Counted from the stretch's first letter, positions 36,015-49,746 are shown. The stretch: DNA of 64,000 nucleotides from Vitrella brassicaformis CCMP3155 (GCA_001179505.1 CDMY01000402.1:1-64000), one strand, 5' to 3'. Numbers and translations are program-made. The notes: generated by a model from the letters alone, not told the origin.

Positions 36015-39000
36015 GAGAGAGAGAGAGGCGCATGTGTTGACGTAGTCGGTGTGTACCTACCTGCCGGCGATGGGCAGCCCTTCTGGGCACTCTGTCGTGG
36101 CCAGCAGCATCGAAGGCACAGTGCCCTCCTCACACATCCTACACACACACCACACCACACCACATACAAATCATGTTTGTGGAGCACCCGGCCAGCCGGC
36201 CAGCCGGCCAGCGTGCCTACCTGCAGTTGGCCCGTTCGAAGGGGAAGCCCGCCCCCGACGCGCCGACGATGGCGCCCAGCGTCTCCTCAGGCAGATGCAG
36301 CAATGCACACGTACGCCCACGGCCTGCACACACATACACACGATTGTGACCACCATGTCTGTGGCCACCCACCACACACCACCCACACCTATTTACCTGA
36401 CGACACCCATCTGTTTGCGAAGGGGGGTGGTGCCGGGGGCGGCAGCGGCATCGCCCCATTCGCAGCATTGGAGACGGCGCCAGTCGTGGCATTCATCCCA
36501 CCGCCACCACTGACGCCACCACCAGCAACAGCAACCTCCTTGCCCACCGTCACCGTCCCCTCGAGTGTGCGCGACTCTTTCCTGTCGATGATAACCGACT
36601 GACGGGAGGTGGCTGCGGCGGTGACGTTGGGCTGGCTAGTGATGGCGGCTGGTGGATGGTGTGTGAGTAGGGTGGCGCGGTGTCTGGGCGTGAGGACGGC
36701 AGCGGTGCCCATGGCTGAGAGTACGATGACGTCCTCGTGGATGGACACTCGCTCGGTGTAGCCGATGATGGAGTCGCACTTGAGGGCGGCAGCGTGGGCC
36801 CGCATCTGCATGCGATGCCATGCCATGCCCCGTCGCATATATGGGATGCATGGGGTGGGGGCAGGAGAGAGCAGAGGAGAGAGGAAAGGAAGGCGATTGC
36901 TGTGGGTCAGTCAGTCAGTGTGTGTGTGGCTGGGCTGGTGAGAGCTCACCTCGTCTCTCAGCTCCTGCCACCAGTAGTTCCGCTGATCCTGACCGACACA
37001 CACACACACACACACACAAGTATCCTGGCAAATCGACACGCACATCCATCCACCCCATAGATACGCACCAACCTGTGTGAGTTTGTTCTGCAGGAGTTTG
37101 ACGCTCCTGGCAGCGACGATGCCGGCGAAGTGCATTGACAGCTCAGTGGGCAGCCGGTGCAGCGTGATGAGCTCAATGGTCTTGGGCGTGTAGACCGATC
37201 GGCCGATCAACGGCGGCAGAGACGTCGACCTCAGAGGCAGATCTGGCACGTAGAATGACGGGGCCTGGTGACCGTACGGACCTAGTGAAGTGAGGGAAAT
37301 AAAAGGGGGAAAGATGATGACATGACCAGAGACAGAGGTGTTTGTTTGGATGGATGGTGGGCAGGGCACACCTGACTGACCTGCAGCGACGGGTGAGGCT
37401 GGGTAGAATGACGGTGTGTTGTATCCTCCAGGGACGGCCGGCAGCCCTGTGGTGGCCACAGACGGACGAGACGCACCACCTGTTCACACGCAGACATAGA
37501 CACACAACACATGACAGACAGACGCATAGCATCCATGCGATGTGATGCGATGCGAGTGTGTGCATGTGAATTGCAATGCACCCACCTTACCTACCTTGCT
37601 GTTTTGGCGATGGTGTGGCGACGGCAGGCTTCTTCTCGCCCCCTACGGCTGGCACAGGTGCCTCAAGTGTCTGTGCCGGCTCGGCCTCCCTCTCCCTCTG
37701 GACAACCCGCCCGCCGCCCTCCTCAACCATCTCCATCGTCAGCGACGGACCTACACACAACACAACACAACACAGTCCATGCCGTGTAGATGTGTGTCCG
37801 GCCTGGCTTGGTGCTGTCTGTCGCCTCCCTGCCACCCTGCCACCCTGCCACCCTAGCTAGCTACCTACCATTCAGCTGCACCCCCTGTTTGTCGCTTTTG
37901 TTGTCTCTGTCTTCCTCGTTGATATCGGTGTCGGTTTCCTCCTCTGTCAGATTGATGGTGTCGGCCTCCTGCAGTGGCCGGCCAGCGCCGGGGTGGTCGC
38001 CCTCATCCGATGCCGACGACTGCCCGGCCGCTCGCCGCACCGGGGGAACGGGCATCGCCTGCCGGGGGTCCTCGTCGAGATTGCCGCTGCCCGTCGAATC
38101 TGATGGATGGATGGATGGATGACGTCACACACATCACATCACTGCGTGCATTGCTGTGTGTGTGCGTGCCGTGGCGTACCAGCGCTGAGTTTCCGTCTTG
38201 GTAGAAGGAATGCCTGCAGGTTGCCGCTGGTCAGGTGGCTGGCAGGGGGGCCTAGCCGCACGGCCGTTCCGAAGTTGCGGATGCATATCCTGCACACAAC
38301 ACATGACATCACATGCCCCGCCCCCAACCACACACACACACACACACAAACAAACCGGCAAATCCAACGAACACACACGACGTGACAGGAGATGAGGTGT
38401 GTCGAGTGCACTGCACATACATACCTGTCAGTGACATCGCCCTCAAGGTCGACGCATTCGGTGTAGCCCAGGACGGCGTTGGCTCCCATTTGCTGGGCCT
38501 TCTTGCCCAACTGACGCCGTGTCTGCATCGCCGACGTCTGCAGCACACTCCGACGGGCCTCGTTGGAAAACCTGACACCACACGACACAGACAGACATCG
38601 ACACAGTATATACGTATCGTATCCTCGACGTGTGTGTATCTATACCTGCTGGATCTGATGAGGTCCTTCCAGTCATATTCGGGGTCAGCCACCACACTCA
38701 GCTCATCCTACACACACATAACAAACATCCACACATATGCACACGTGTTCACACACAGGCTTTGCCCTGCACATGGCCTGCCTGTCTGGATGCCTGTCTG
38801 TCTGTCTGTCTGTCTGTCAATGAATGACTCGGACTGACCACGAATCCGAGAATCTGTTCGACTCTGTGGATGTGCTGCTGCGGTGGTGCGGATATGGAGA
38901 AGAACTGCACACCCACCGACGACTCGCGGAAGGGATTCAACTCCTCTACAAACTCCAACTTGACCACCAAAAATATCTGACCTGGTGGAGTGCATTGCAA

Positions 39001-39755
39001 CCACAGAGGAACCAACAAACCATATCGACTCCACAGAGATGCGATCACATAGAGTGTGGCCGGGCCGGGCCGCCTGCCCTGCCTGCCTGATCTATTCATT
39101 GGCTGACCCTGCATGCCCCTGAGGGTGTCGTAAATCGGAAGCCACCCCTCGTATCGGTTCTCGTTGTGGATCAGCAGGGGGGTGAGGTCGACGTCCAAGT
39201 CGCCTATCACCTGACCCTCAGCCTCGCTCACCTAAGCACACACACACACACGGACCCAAGTGGGTGCATTTGCAGGTGTGCCTGCCTGGCGGCCTGTACA
39301 GTACTGACCTCGAGTTTAAGAGGCGAGTCCTGTAGCTCAGAGTCGTCTGCCACCTCGATGCGGAAGGGCTGATCCCACACAGGGTCAGTGCGACGACGAA
39401 CTGACCGATGAATGAACACACGGGTAGACGAATGGTGCATGGTGGGACGTGGGTGAGCCTGTCCATCTGCCAATCCCACTTACCTGTCGTGGTGCGCTGA
39501 CGGAAGAACTCTCCAAAGGAGACCTGTCCCCCCAGACCAGATGGACACGCAATCAGCACACACACACACTAGTGAATGCATTGATTTCGTGGGCACGCAC
39601 CGTGTGACACTGTCCTTCCTTGACCGATTGTCTGTCTGTCATGGTTGTGTGGCGTGTGTCCTTACATCTACATAGCTATCGACGGAGGTGTCGGTCTTGT
39701 CCCGGACAGGCAGGCCGCGGGCGGCTACCACACGCACCTTGATGGTGCACGGCAT
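31615..39755 (-). CDS. C2CD5: C2 domain-containing protein 5 (CDP138/KIAA0528-like), many exons
   Basis: MPCTIKVRVVAARGLPVRD; GDLDVDLTPLL...GWLPIYDTLRG; NPFRESSVGVQFFS; ADPEYDWKDLIRSSR; NEARRSV...RQLGKKAQQMGANAVLGYTECVDLEG; last exon QAYAVLNICGDAV. This follows the C2CD5 architecture. Confidence 0.9.
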
Positions 39756-40374
39756 CCCATCCACTCACTCAGCACAGCCAATCACTCAGTGGACAAAGTT
39801 CCTCACACCTGGACAGACAGATCTCACGCGTACATTACATGACCGGATGCATCAACTCATCAAAAGAGAGATGCATTCCATGCCCTAGCTAGGAGTCCGC
39901 TGCTGTTGGTTCCTGTGCTTGAAGGGTCTTTCCTTCTGACGTCTGCGAGCTTAGATAGCATTCAGTTCATAGATCGAATCCATCCCAGAAATCCCGCCAG
40001 TCTGTGCACACCGAGTCCGCATGCACCACCCAGAAAAGGCGAAAACGGTCGCGCATGCTCATTGTATCAGCTATGGCTTCACGTCACACAAACGTGCAGT
40101 GCACGGCACAGCAAGACAGACAGACAGACAGACACAAATAAACAGCACAGCCACCCCGGGTGCTCATCTCATCTCATCTCACATCACATCACACGTCACG
40201 TCACGTCATCTTCTTTCGGGTCGGGTGGCTTGGCTCGCCCACTCATATTCACTCACTCAGCACAAGACACACAGCCTGACTCGACCAAAGCCAAAGCAGT
40301 CCGTCCATCTCGTCAGTCCCATCTCGTGAATCACATGTTTGCACAGCCAGCTAGCTACTGTCCTGTCCGTGGTG

Positions 40375-41509
40375 TTATCCGAACCATTCCTGCGAGTGTC
40401 TGTACCACTCAGTCCACCTGCCTAGCAAGGTCTCCCACCGCCTCCGCCTCCGCGACACCTTGGCCTCCTCGCTCTCGGCCTCCTCCTCCTCACGACGCGC
40501 CTCCCACTCCTCCTTCTCCTAAACCATACATACAAGACAAGACGACACATCATTGATTGATCCACATCTGCCTATGCCTGCCTGCCTGCCTGGTGCGTGT
40601 GACGTGAGCAGTTGCTTAAGGCTGTGTTTGTTGTGTAGGTACCTTGATGATGAGGAGTGCCGCCTGCATGGTGACCCACATGTTGAGTGGGATGAGGAAG
40701 GGCAGGAAGACCTTCCACAAGATGAAGGTCTCCATCAGGCCAAACACAAAGTGCCGCGACTCCATCTGCAGGAACCGCGGGATGGGCTGCATCACCCGCC
40801 ACTTGGCCGCCTTCATGGCCTTCTGGTAGATCCAGTCCTCTATTCTCGCGTAGTACGGCAGGCAACGCACATTGGCACGGAACGATGGGATCCGGTAGTA
40901 GAGCTGAGCTAGGGGGCGATTCCTGGCGCACAGGAGCAGCAAGGTGCCCCATTCCAACCAGAAGACAGAGTTGAACCCCACAAAGGCACTGATCTGGTGG
41001 ACACGCCAGACAGACCAGACACACCACACAACCACACAGCAAGTAGATGAATGACATAAACACATCGACAGTCAGGCGGGCGCCATTGCAATCAGTGCGG
41101 CGGGTGCCCGCATGCCATCTATGCATACCATGGCTGTGCCATCGAGGTCGTTGTGCTGACAGAAGTCCACCAGCCCCTCCCCGTCAGCCAACCCAACGCT
41201 CTCCCGTATCCGCCGCATGCATGACGACCACCAGCTGCGCCTGCCTCCTCCCTCCTTCTCACTCAGTCCATCGTTGCTGTCGTCAGACGGCTGACATGCT
41301 GCCACGTTTGTTGCCGATAAGCGGCGCCGCAAGCGGGATGAGATGCGCCATCGGGCAGCCCTTGCTGCAAGAAACGCAGTGACGTCACTTTGTGACGGGC
41401 TCGCGGACGGCTGATCCGCATCTGCAGGTGGGCATGTTGGGCTGTCTGTGCGGCGGCTCACGAGGTACCCATGGGCTTGCCTCAGGCTGCCGACGAGCTG
41501 ACTCGTCAT
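40375..41509 (-). CDS. Hypothetical membrane protein (possibly organellar), 3 exons
   Basis: Arg-rich N-terminus and two hydrophobic segments (ISAFVGFNSVFWLEWGTLLLLC; FILWKVFLPFLIPLNMWVTMQAALLII). Last exon EKEEWEARREEEE...QEWFG*. Confidence 0.55.
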
Positions 41510-41625
41510 GCCTTCATTCGGGCACCGATAGTTGACGCGGAAGGCGCTTCATCGTCTTGATCTACAGCAAAGCCGCATCATCACCACACTGCGCTCGCAG
41601 ATCTACGCGCACGGCGTTGCGGACT

Positions 41626-41646
41626 TGCGAGCTCATCTGCGAGCTC
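41626..41646. promoter_or_regulatory. Tandem TGCGAGCTC candidate promoter motif between divergent genes
   Basis: Copies at 41626-41634 and 41638-41646. The same motif recurs in other 5' intergenic regions; function is inferred only. Confidence 0.35.
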
Positions 41647-41941
41647 AATCAAAGGAGAGATCAAAAAGCGAACGTCAAACCAACAAGGAACGTGACGGGG
41701 GCGAAGAAGTTGTGGCGAAAAGCTGCCGGCAATTCTTCGTTGTCTTTGGTCTTCGCAAGTCTTTGCTCCACAGCCTGTGTGGCCATATCCAGTGGTGTGT
41801 GGCCTGCCGCTGATGTGCGAGGCGCCGTCACCGGCCAGAACGCCGCCACAGGCACGCTTGTGTGAGAGTGAAACGCCTGTGGACCCCTCCCCCCTTATCT
41901 CCGGCTCTCGGAAGCAGTCAAGACGCCTCAGGCTGTCAGCT

Positions 41942-44002
41942 ATGACGTGGCTTCCGTCCACCTTTGCCGCAGCCCTCCTGGTGCTGCTGTTGAGCGGCTC
42001 CCCTTTGTCGGTGTGTGGTGGTAAGGCGAAGGGTTCGATGGCGATGGAGGTGTCCCAGGCGGATTTTGACAAGCACATCAAGGAGAGTCCCTATGTGATG
42101 GTGATGTTTTACGCGCCCTGGTGCTACTGGTCCCGCATGCTGCTCCCCGACTACGACAAGGCGGCGGAGAAGCTGGCCATGCACGACCCGCCCGTCAAGC
42201 TGATCAAGGTCGACTGCACCAGGAACTTCGTGGTGGCTGAGAAGTATGGTGTGCACGAGTACCCCACTCTCAAGTTCTTCACGGACGGCAGCATCCACGA
42301 GTACCACGGCGGGCGGGGCGTCAACGAGATCGTCAACTGGGTCAATCGTCAATTGGAGAAGGAGCACTACATATCGACTCAGAGCGAGATGGACAGCCTG
42401 GTCAGCCACAGCGACCTCTCGGTCGTCCTCATCTATCCTGCGGGATACGACAAGACCGACTTCACTAGGATCGCCCGCCACTACGACGACGTGCTCTTTC
42501 TGGACACCAACAACACCGACCTCGCCGACCCGCTCCAGTCGCGATACGACCTGCCTAGGCGCAACCCGCCGTTCGTCTTCATGATAACGCCCCATGACAA
42601 GGTGGGTGAGAAGAAGGTCGTCATGTACGACGGGGACCTCACCGACCACCACCAGCTGGATATCTTCGTCACGTCGATGCGCTTCCCCGCCCTGGTGCCC
42701 TTCACCAGCGACAACGCCCAGCGGCTGTTCAAGGACGGCAGGCCCATATTCGTGTATCTGAGGGAGGGGGGCGATGACAAGAAGGACGAGCCAGTGCCCG
42801 AGATGGTCAGGAGGGTCGCCACCGACTTCAGGGGGGCGCTGCTGTTCACCGTCTCGGGGACCACGGAGCCGCACGAGAAGAGGCTGCTCGGTGAGCCACC
42901 TCACCTGAGGGGCGACAGGGACATGTATGTGTGCAGGGGCTGGGTTGGATGGATGTGTCCATATGTGTGGTGTGTATGTCAGAGCTGATTGGTGCCGATG
43001 AGGAGGTGTATCCTGCCGTGCGCATCATCACTCTCAATCCATCGGGACACGGACACTACCACCCGGCGGTATATATGCACACGCACACACGAAACCCTCC
43101 AGCGCTCAGACACATGCCGTGTGTGAATCTCTGTGTGCGCGTGCAGCTCAAGTACCGTTACGGCGGGACCATGACTGAGCCTTTGCTGCGGCAGTTCGTC
43201 TTTGACTTCCAGGCAGGCTCCCTCACGCCATTCATGAAGTCCGAGCCAGTGCCAGACGACGACGGACTGAGTAAGACACGGAGGGAGGGAGGGAGGGAGG
43301 GAGGGAGGCATGGATGGATGTGCGACAGGTCCCGTGACAACGATAGTGGGCAGCACGTTCGAGCGGATCGTCAAGAACCCCAACAAAGACGTACTCGTCG
43401 AATTCTATGCGCCATGGTGAGACAGACAGAGAGCGAGGCAGCAAGCAGGGAGGGAGAAGTGCATCGGTCAACAGCAGTGTTGTATGGATGTGTATGTATG
43501 TGTGTGTATGTGTGTGCAGGTGCGGTCACTGTCGTAAGCTGGAGCCAATCTACAAGCAGTTCGCCAAGAAGGTCGCCCGTGTGCCCACCGTCACCGTCGC
43601 CAAGATCGATGCCACGAGAAACGAAGTCCCCAAAATGCAAATCCGTAAGACCACACACCGCACAGCACAGCATGGATCCCCCCCACTTATATCTGCCTTG
43701 TACGGATGTGTGTTTCAGGTGCGTATCCGACCCTGTTGCTGTTCCCTGCCAAGAACAAGGATCACCCGATTGAGCACAGAGGCGAGCGGACAGAGGACGG
43801 ACTCGTCAACTTCCTCCTGCAACACGTGAGGACGAACACCACACCACACAGCAACACCACGTCGATAACTTCTAATGTGTGTTCGTGGTGTCGCTGGCTG
43901 CATCTATGTCAATGACCTCAGGCGTCGTTCAAGTTCGACAAATCGTTGCTGGATAAGGTCGAGGAGGACGACGATGATTTCTACTTCGAGCAAGACCTGT
44001 AG
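41942..44002 (+). CDS. PDI: Protein disulfide isomerase (a-b-b'-a'), first site CYWS, second site CGHC
   Basis: Signal peptide, MFYAPWCYWS, EYPTLKFF, EFYAPW-CGHCRKL, KIDATRNE, AYPTLLLF, acidic tail and C-terminal EQDL. Confidence 0.92.
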
Positions 44003-45199
44003 CCTGCCTGTAGCTCGACATATTGGTCTCTCTTGCGCGTGTATGGATGGACCGACCGACATGGCCTCTGCCGGACATGTGGGCGGCGGTGCTCTCCTTT
44101 TTTCTTGTCTCTTTTCTTCTCGTCTCATCTCATCTCATCTCAGTCTTGTTTGCTTAAGGTGTACATTCGTAGCGTTTTTGACGCTGTGGGCGTCAAGCAG
44201 ACCTCCAGACGGCAAGTGAATGAGTGTGTCGGTGGTCCCGGCTGCTGCAGAAGCAGCCCATGTGGGGCACAGATGGGGGACGCGATGCATACAGACAGAG
44301 ACAGACAGGGAGGGGTCTCTCTCACCCACCCATGCACCATCCGGATTCTCTCTCATCGGGTGTTCAAGTCAGGTCAGCTGTGATGAAGTTTTCTCGTACG
44401 TGGCTCCGTGCGCTGTGGAGGCAGCCGGCCGTAGACGGTTTTTTGGCCTGACTGGGTCGACCCCTCCTCTACTTCTGTGTACACGACGAGAGGATCTGTA
44501 TGCTCGCTCCATCCACTCCATGTCTGCGTGCGAAGTGTGTAACTGCCTTGGCTTGGTGGGCTCACTTGTGCCTCTCTCCCTCTCTGTATCTCCCCCCTCT
44601 GCGCCTCTGTCTACATGTGTGTCTGTGTCCATGTTGACATTCGCAATTCGAGAGCTGACACGCATCCCTCCATGTACGGCTGATGTGCGCACACACGGTG
44701 CGTGGCGGCAGCTGTGGCGGTGCGTGTGAGTGATGCACGTGTGCAAACCTGGATGGATGGGTTGAGCATTGGTGTTGCATGTCTGGTATGTGTGCAGTGA
44801 AGAGTCGGCACACGCGACATGAGTGCCTGCATGTGTGAGAGTCCGTATGTAAGCTAGAGTGCAGACGTGGTCAAGACCTTGTCGGCTGTGTCCGTGTGCG
44901 TGTGACCCTGACGCATGCTCGTGTCTCACGTGATTTCCTCTGTCGTTCGAATCCGCCTCCGATTTACAGAGAAATTCTCTTCCCTCGGTACTGCAGCCAA
45001 TTGGAGGGACTTCTTGAGCGACGCCCGCTCCCTCGTCACCGCCTGCCGGTGCGCCAACGACATTCGAGCTCCGTCATCTCATCATGACGTTTGATACATG
45101 TAGCAGGGTTTAGGGTTTGTCGAGAAATCCTCGAGATGTGACGGATTGTCGGGCATTTTGGGTTTTTTGACGAGCTGCCCATCTGCTTCCTCTCCTCGC

Positions 45200-45613
45200 C
45201 GCCCCATAGGACCGTTCAGTGCGGGGCGCCTGCTATGAAGACATGTACAAGACTATTAGTCGATGTATGCTACAAAGTGGACCGCAAGTTCAGCGGACTC
45301 GCACGCACCTGCGGCATTCTCATCAACACCGTCAACCGATACCTGACCGAGGCGGTCATCGATCTGAGCATCGCCAAGATCCCCGATGCCTTCCAAAGAG
45401 CCAGGCATACGCAACCAAGATATACAGCATCGTCAGGGTCAGCAAGAACGAGGCGGGATGTCCATCGATGTGTGCGCACTCTGTCTGCATGGCATGCAGC
45501 TCGATGAGATGATTGGCACGCAACTCACGATACTCGAGGCCCACATGGCGGAGCGAAAGATGCTGTCCGACGTCTTCGCCGGCCTCATGGCCATCTACCA
45601 CCCCGTCCTCTAG
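45200..45613 (+). pseudogene. Orphan exon fragments of an unidentified gene, ending in TAG directly before paralogue C
   Basis: Coding-like pieces (LLVDVCYKVDRKFSGLARTCGILINTVNRYL...; AYATKIYSIVRVSKNE; LDEMIGTQLTILEAHMAERKMLSDVFAGLMAIYHPVL*). No clear start codon. Confidence 0.35.
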
Positions 45614-45624
45614 ACACTGCCCAC

Positions 45625-48592
45625 CGAGGGGGAAGACGGCTGTGTACGAGAGCCGAGTCGAGGAGCTGCGGCGGCTTCTGGTGGCCTACGAGCACGAACA
45701 CGAGGACCAAGAGGCCGATAGCCAGCTCTGCGCCACCTTGCCGTAAGCCAATTGGATACGAACAAAGGCAGAGAGAAATGTCTGTCATTTGTGTCCTTCT
45801 CTGTGTGTTGTGTGTTCTCTCTTCGTGTCTGTCAGTGAGTACGTGAGAGAATCGTCCACCCAGGAGCACTCTCCTCCTGTCCCATTTGGTCGAAACGGAG
45901 TCACCCATCTCTTGCTGTGCTGTGTTGTGTTGTGTTGTGTTGTGTTGCAGGACCGAGCTCAACAAGATGAAATACGAGCTCGCCAGGCTCCAAGACGAGA
46001 GCGCACTGCACCGGTAACGCAGACACATGTAATTCAACAGTGTGCGCACGGTCATCGCTGTGTGTTTCATTTCATCAGGGAGCTGGAGGCCGCCCGCAGT
46101 GAGCTGACGACAGCCTGCCGAGAGCACCACAAGGAGCTCATGGAGGTCAAATACGAGCTCTGGTTAGCTCCCACAACAATGCACTCACGCAAGCTGACGT
46201 GGCGTCATCCTTCCCTTGCTCTTTGCTTGTGTACTCAGGGGGCTGGAGGAGGCTCACCGCGACCTCAACGCCGCCATGGAGCAGGCCACACGCAGCCACC
46301 AGGCGGAGCTGGATGAGCACAAGGCCCAGTGCGAGTGAGTGATAACGAACGACGAAACGACACAGCTGCAGCTGCATCGTCCATAGATGGATGGATGGAT
46401 GGATGAATGTCCTGTCTGTGTTGTTGGTATTCTGCCAACCGACAGGGAGCTGGAGAGCCGAGTGGAGGTCAAGAGCCGCCGGTGCAGAGAGCTGTCGGAC
46501 GACGTCAACCAGCGCGACGACGCAATCCGGTAGGTATTGTGGCATGCATGCCACAATTGTTGCCGACCATTTCTGAGCACATGACTTGTATGCTGCTATG
46601 CTTCACTGTGTGATGGGTGCTTCAGCCGGCTGGTGCAGGAGAAGGGCGAGTTGGACAAGGCGTTGGCGGCCAAGACGCAGGAACTGGAGCGGCTGCAGAC
46701 GGCCCATCGGGGCGCCACCACAGCCACCATGCGTCTTGCCGACGAGCTGCGCCTTGCCAAGGAGGAGGCCGCCGCCCTCCGCCTCGCCAGCAGCCTGCAG
46801 GCCCCGCAGCTGCGGCAGCTGCAGGGTGCCTGGAGCGGCCTGCAGGGTGTGGTGAGGCTGGCGATGAGGGCGACCATCGCCCGCCTGCAGGACCGTCTGG
46901 CTGAGCAAGACGATGAGCTCAACGACGTGCAGGTGCGGTGGCTGGGTGGGGCAGATCAATACGCGACCAATCCGCTCACGGATGTGTATTATTCGTCTTT
47001 CCTTTTGCTCTCTGCATGTCCGCTTCAGGCGTCGTTCCGTGCTGAGGTGGAGGAGCTGCAGGGTGCGCGCGAGCGGGAGGTGCAGGCGGTGCGTGGTGCC
47101 CTGCAGGAGACACGAAGCCAGCTCCGTGACACACGCAGTTCGCTGGAGGTCGAAAGGTCAGTCAGCTAATGAGGGTAACACCACACGGACAGTACACACA
47201 CCGATTTATCATACCGCCCTTGTTTGGTCGCCAGGATTGAGTCCGAAGAGACCATCAGCAGCCTCCGCCAGACCGTTTCAGAGCATCGACAGTTGCAGGT
47301 GCGTCCGTGTGGGTGTGGATGCACCAAAGGGCGGGGGCATGTCGGGATGGGTGTGGCTGCTGGTGTGTCATGTGTGTGGGTGCAGGAGTCCAATGCCGAG
47401 GTGCAGGCGCGGCTACAGGAGCAGACCTCTCGCAATCTCGAGCTGCAGAAAGCCCTCGACACGGCCCAGCAAGCTCGCACGCGGACGGCACTCGGCCGCC
47501 TCGTGTGTAGCCTGCATCGCGCCAGGCTGAGGCGGAGCATTGGGCAGTGGCAGCGAGAGGGCGCCCATAGCACCATCGTGCAGGGGCAGAGGGAGGGGGG
47601 GCTCCAGCGCATCGCATCGACCCTGAGAGTGGCTACACATCGACACCTCTCAACGACATTCACACGACTGCTCTCGCACGTAAGGCACACCACAGCACAA
47701 CACGACACACACCATGGGATGTTATCGATGAATGGATGCGTGTGCCGCCTCACGGCCAGTCTGCCTCGCCCAGCGACGACCAGATGGCAGTAGACAGTCA
47801 TGTCGGTGGGGGTGAAGGTGATGAGTCGGTGCCGTCGTCATCAGCACACGACCGTGCCGCGTTGCCCGATGGACCCCCAGCACCGGTACGACAGCACCAG
47901 AGATACACAAATGATATATGGCGTCATGTCGCTGTGGCGTGTGGGTCAGATGCAGATGGTTGGCGTATCCGAAGTACCCGTAGGCACGTCGCATGCTCTC
48001 GACGACCACCTCCACCACCAGCAGCAGCAGGTACAGTACACCGATAGTGAGAGGCCAGGAAGGCGCCATCAGATGCGCACGTCTGTCTGTCTGTCTGTCT
48101 TGTGCCATGCAGAGTGTTGTTTCCATAGTGGCCATGATGGGGGCCCAGCCGGGCCCTGAGATGCCCAGCGGACATCCGCCGTCTGATGCGGCAATGGTCG
48201 GTCCATCCGCACAGTCGTCAGATGGGTGGACTGAGAAAGACGATGAAGAGTGGAATAAGGGGCTACAATCGCTCAACGATTTCCAGGCGCCGGGCATGCT
48301 CACTCCCCCTGCCCCGCCACCACCTCCACCTCCACCCCCACCTCCGCCACCTGTGCCGCCCCCTCTGTTTCACCCACCCATTCACGGCGTTGCCTTTCCA
48401 CGGCCGCCGTTCGTTTATCCCCGCCCCCCTTTGGCGCCTCACAATCCCCTGCCAGCCGTCATGCCGCCCAGCACTGCCGCCCAGCCAAATCCCAACACGG
48501 CCCCCATGACACCCCCAGTTTGTCGACCATTCGGACAGGCGGGGCCAAACACACCTGGCCGGCCATCGCAGCAGCACGGCGGAGCGAAGTAG
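45625..48592 (+). CDS. Unknown coiled-coil protein, paralogue C (5'-truncated), with a poly-Pro C-terminus
   Basis: Homology to paralogue A begins mid-exon at ~45625. Downstream exons splice in frame (LVQEKGELDKALAAKTQELERLQ..., SNAEVQARLQEQ...) through to PPPPPPPPPP...QHGGAK*. Confidence 0.55.
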
Positions 48593-49178
48593 ACGGCACA
48601 CAGAAAAGTGCGGCGGGCGGGCAGAGAGGATGGGAGTGCGGAGGTAGCAAACGAGGTCTAGCTCACCGTGGCCGTCCCAGCAAGTGGATGGGGCTGCCGA
48701 CGTGCGGTGTGATGTGTTGAGTATAGATGGGACTGTGTGTGTGCAGATGGACTGACTGATACACGTGACGTGAATGGAATGGATGTATTCAAATCATACC
48801 TATCCCTTCGAGAGCATTCCACTATAGGTAGGTCCATCTGTACACCTCACACCCACACACAGCCATCCCTTTCCCCCGAGTCACCCAGTCGTCTCCCCTA
48901 TCCACACACTCCCAGCCCCCACCCCCACCCTCACCGTCACCCACACACACGCGATGCATCACTCCACGGAACCAAAGACGGGAAGCCACGGCAACAAACC
49001 AGACAGGGAGGCAGGCAGACAGGCAGATAGTGAGGCAGCAAAGGAGAGGCCACGGCCAGCCAGCCAGATAGCACCAGCTCGTGTGTGTGTCAGACACCCG
49101 ACACACGCACCTCCGCCCCCCTGTGTGGCCCAGCTAACCCCGCCGCCCGACCCCCAGCACACTTATCCCCCAGCACAC

Positions 49179-49620
49179 TTATCCGATCCCTCTACGCCGC
49201 GCCGCCTTGGTGGCCTTGGCAGCCCTCTTCTGCACCACCAAGGGGACAGCACAAACAGCACCACACAACACACTATACAGCTGTCGTGTTGGCGGGTCTG
49301 TGTCCTTGTACCTGCAGCAGGTGGTCTCTGTACCAATGGCTCTGTACTGGATGGCCATGGCGCCAAAGTCCCGCCCCTCCTGAGTGCCGCGCAGAGAAGG
49401 CATCCACTGACAGAACTCCTGCAGTGAACAAACAGACGGACACCGTCGGCGCCCCTGGCAGTCAGTGCATCTGCCTCCTCTGTGCTCACATTCGGATGGT
49501 CGCGCTTGAGGCTGATGTACTTGTCCGCGAAGGCTTGCGGTGGTCGCTGTGGCCGTCGGGCATCTCCAAACCCATCGCCGTCAGCGACTGGCGGACGGCA
49601 GCTGCCAGGGGCAGCTGCAG
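49179..49620 (-). pseudogene. Unknown small protein family member 1 (1-bp frameshift)
   Basis: AAAVRQSLTAMGLEMPDGHSD[fs]PQAFADKYISLKRDHPN | EFCQWMPSLRGTQEGRDFGAM... | KRAAKATKAARR. Exon structure matches the divergent neighbour. Confidence 0.55.
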
Positions 49621-49682
49621 ATTCCCCCGGAGAGAACCGGATCTCGCTGATCTCACCTCCACACCGAGAGGAGCTCGCAGTT

Positions 49683-49706
49683 ATGAGCTCGCAATTGAGG
49701 AAGGGA

Positions 49707-49746
<40 letters not shown>

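Noticed and set aside
45105-45118. Telomere-like AGGGTTTAGGGTTT (a degenerate version also at ~61639-61663)
   Set aside because: Only two units. Too short to distinguish from chance or a telobox, though it lies near a mosaic junction.
45585-45625. Helitron 3' end (CTAG) at the paralogue C junction
   Set aside because: The CTAG is the upstream fragment's stop codon, it is followed by A rather than T, and no convincing subterminal hairpin is present.
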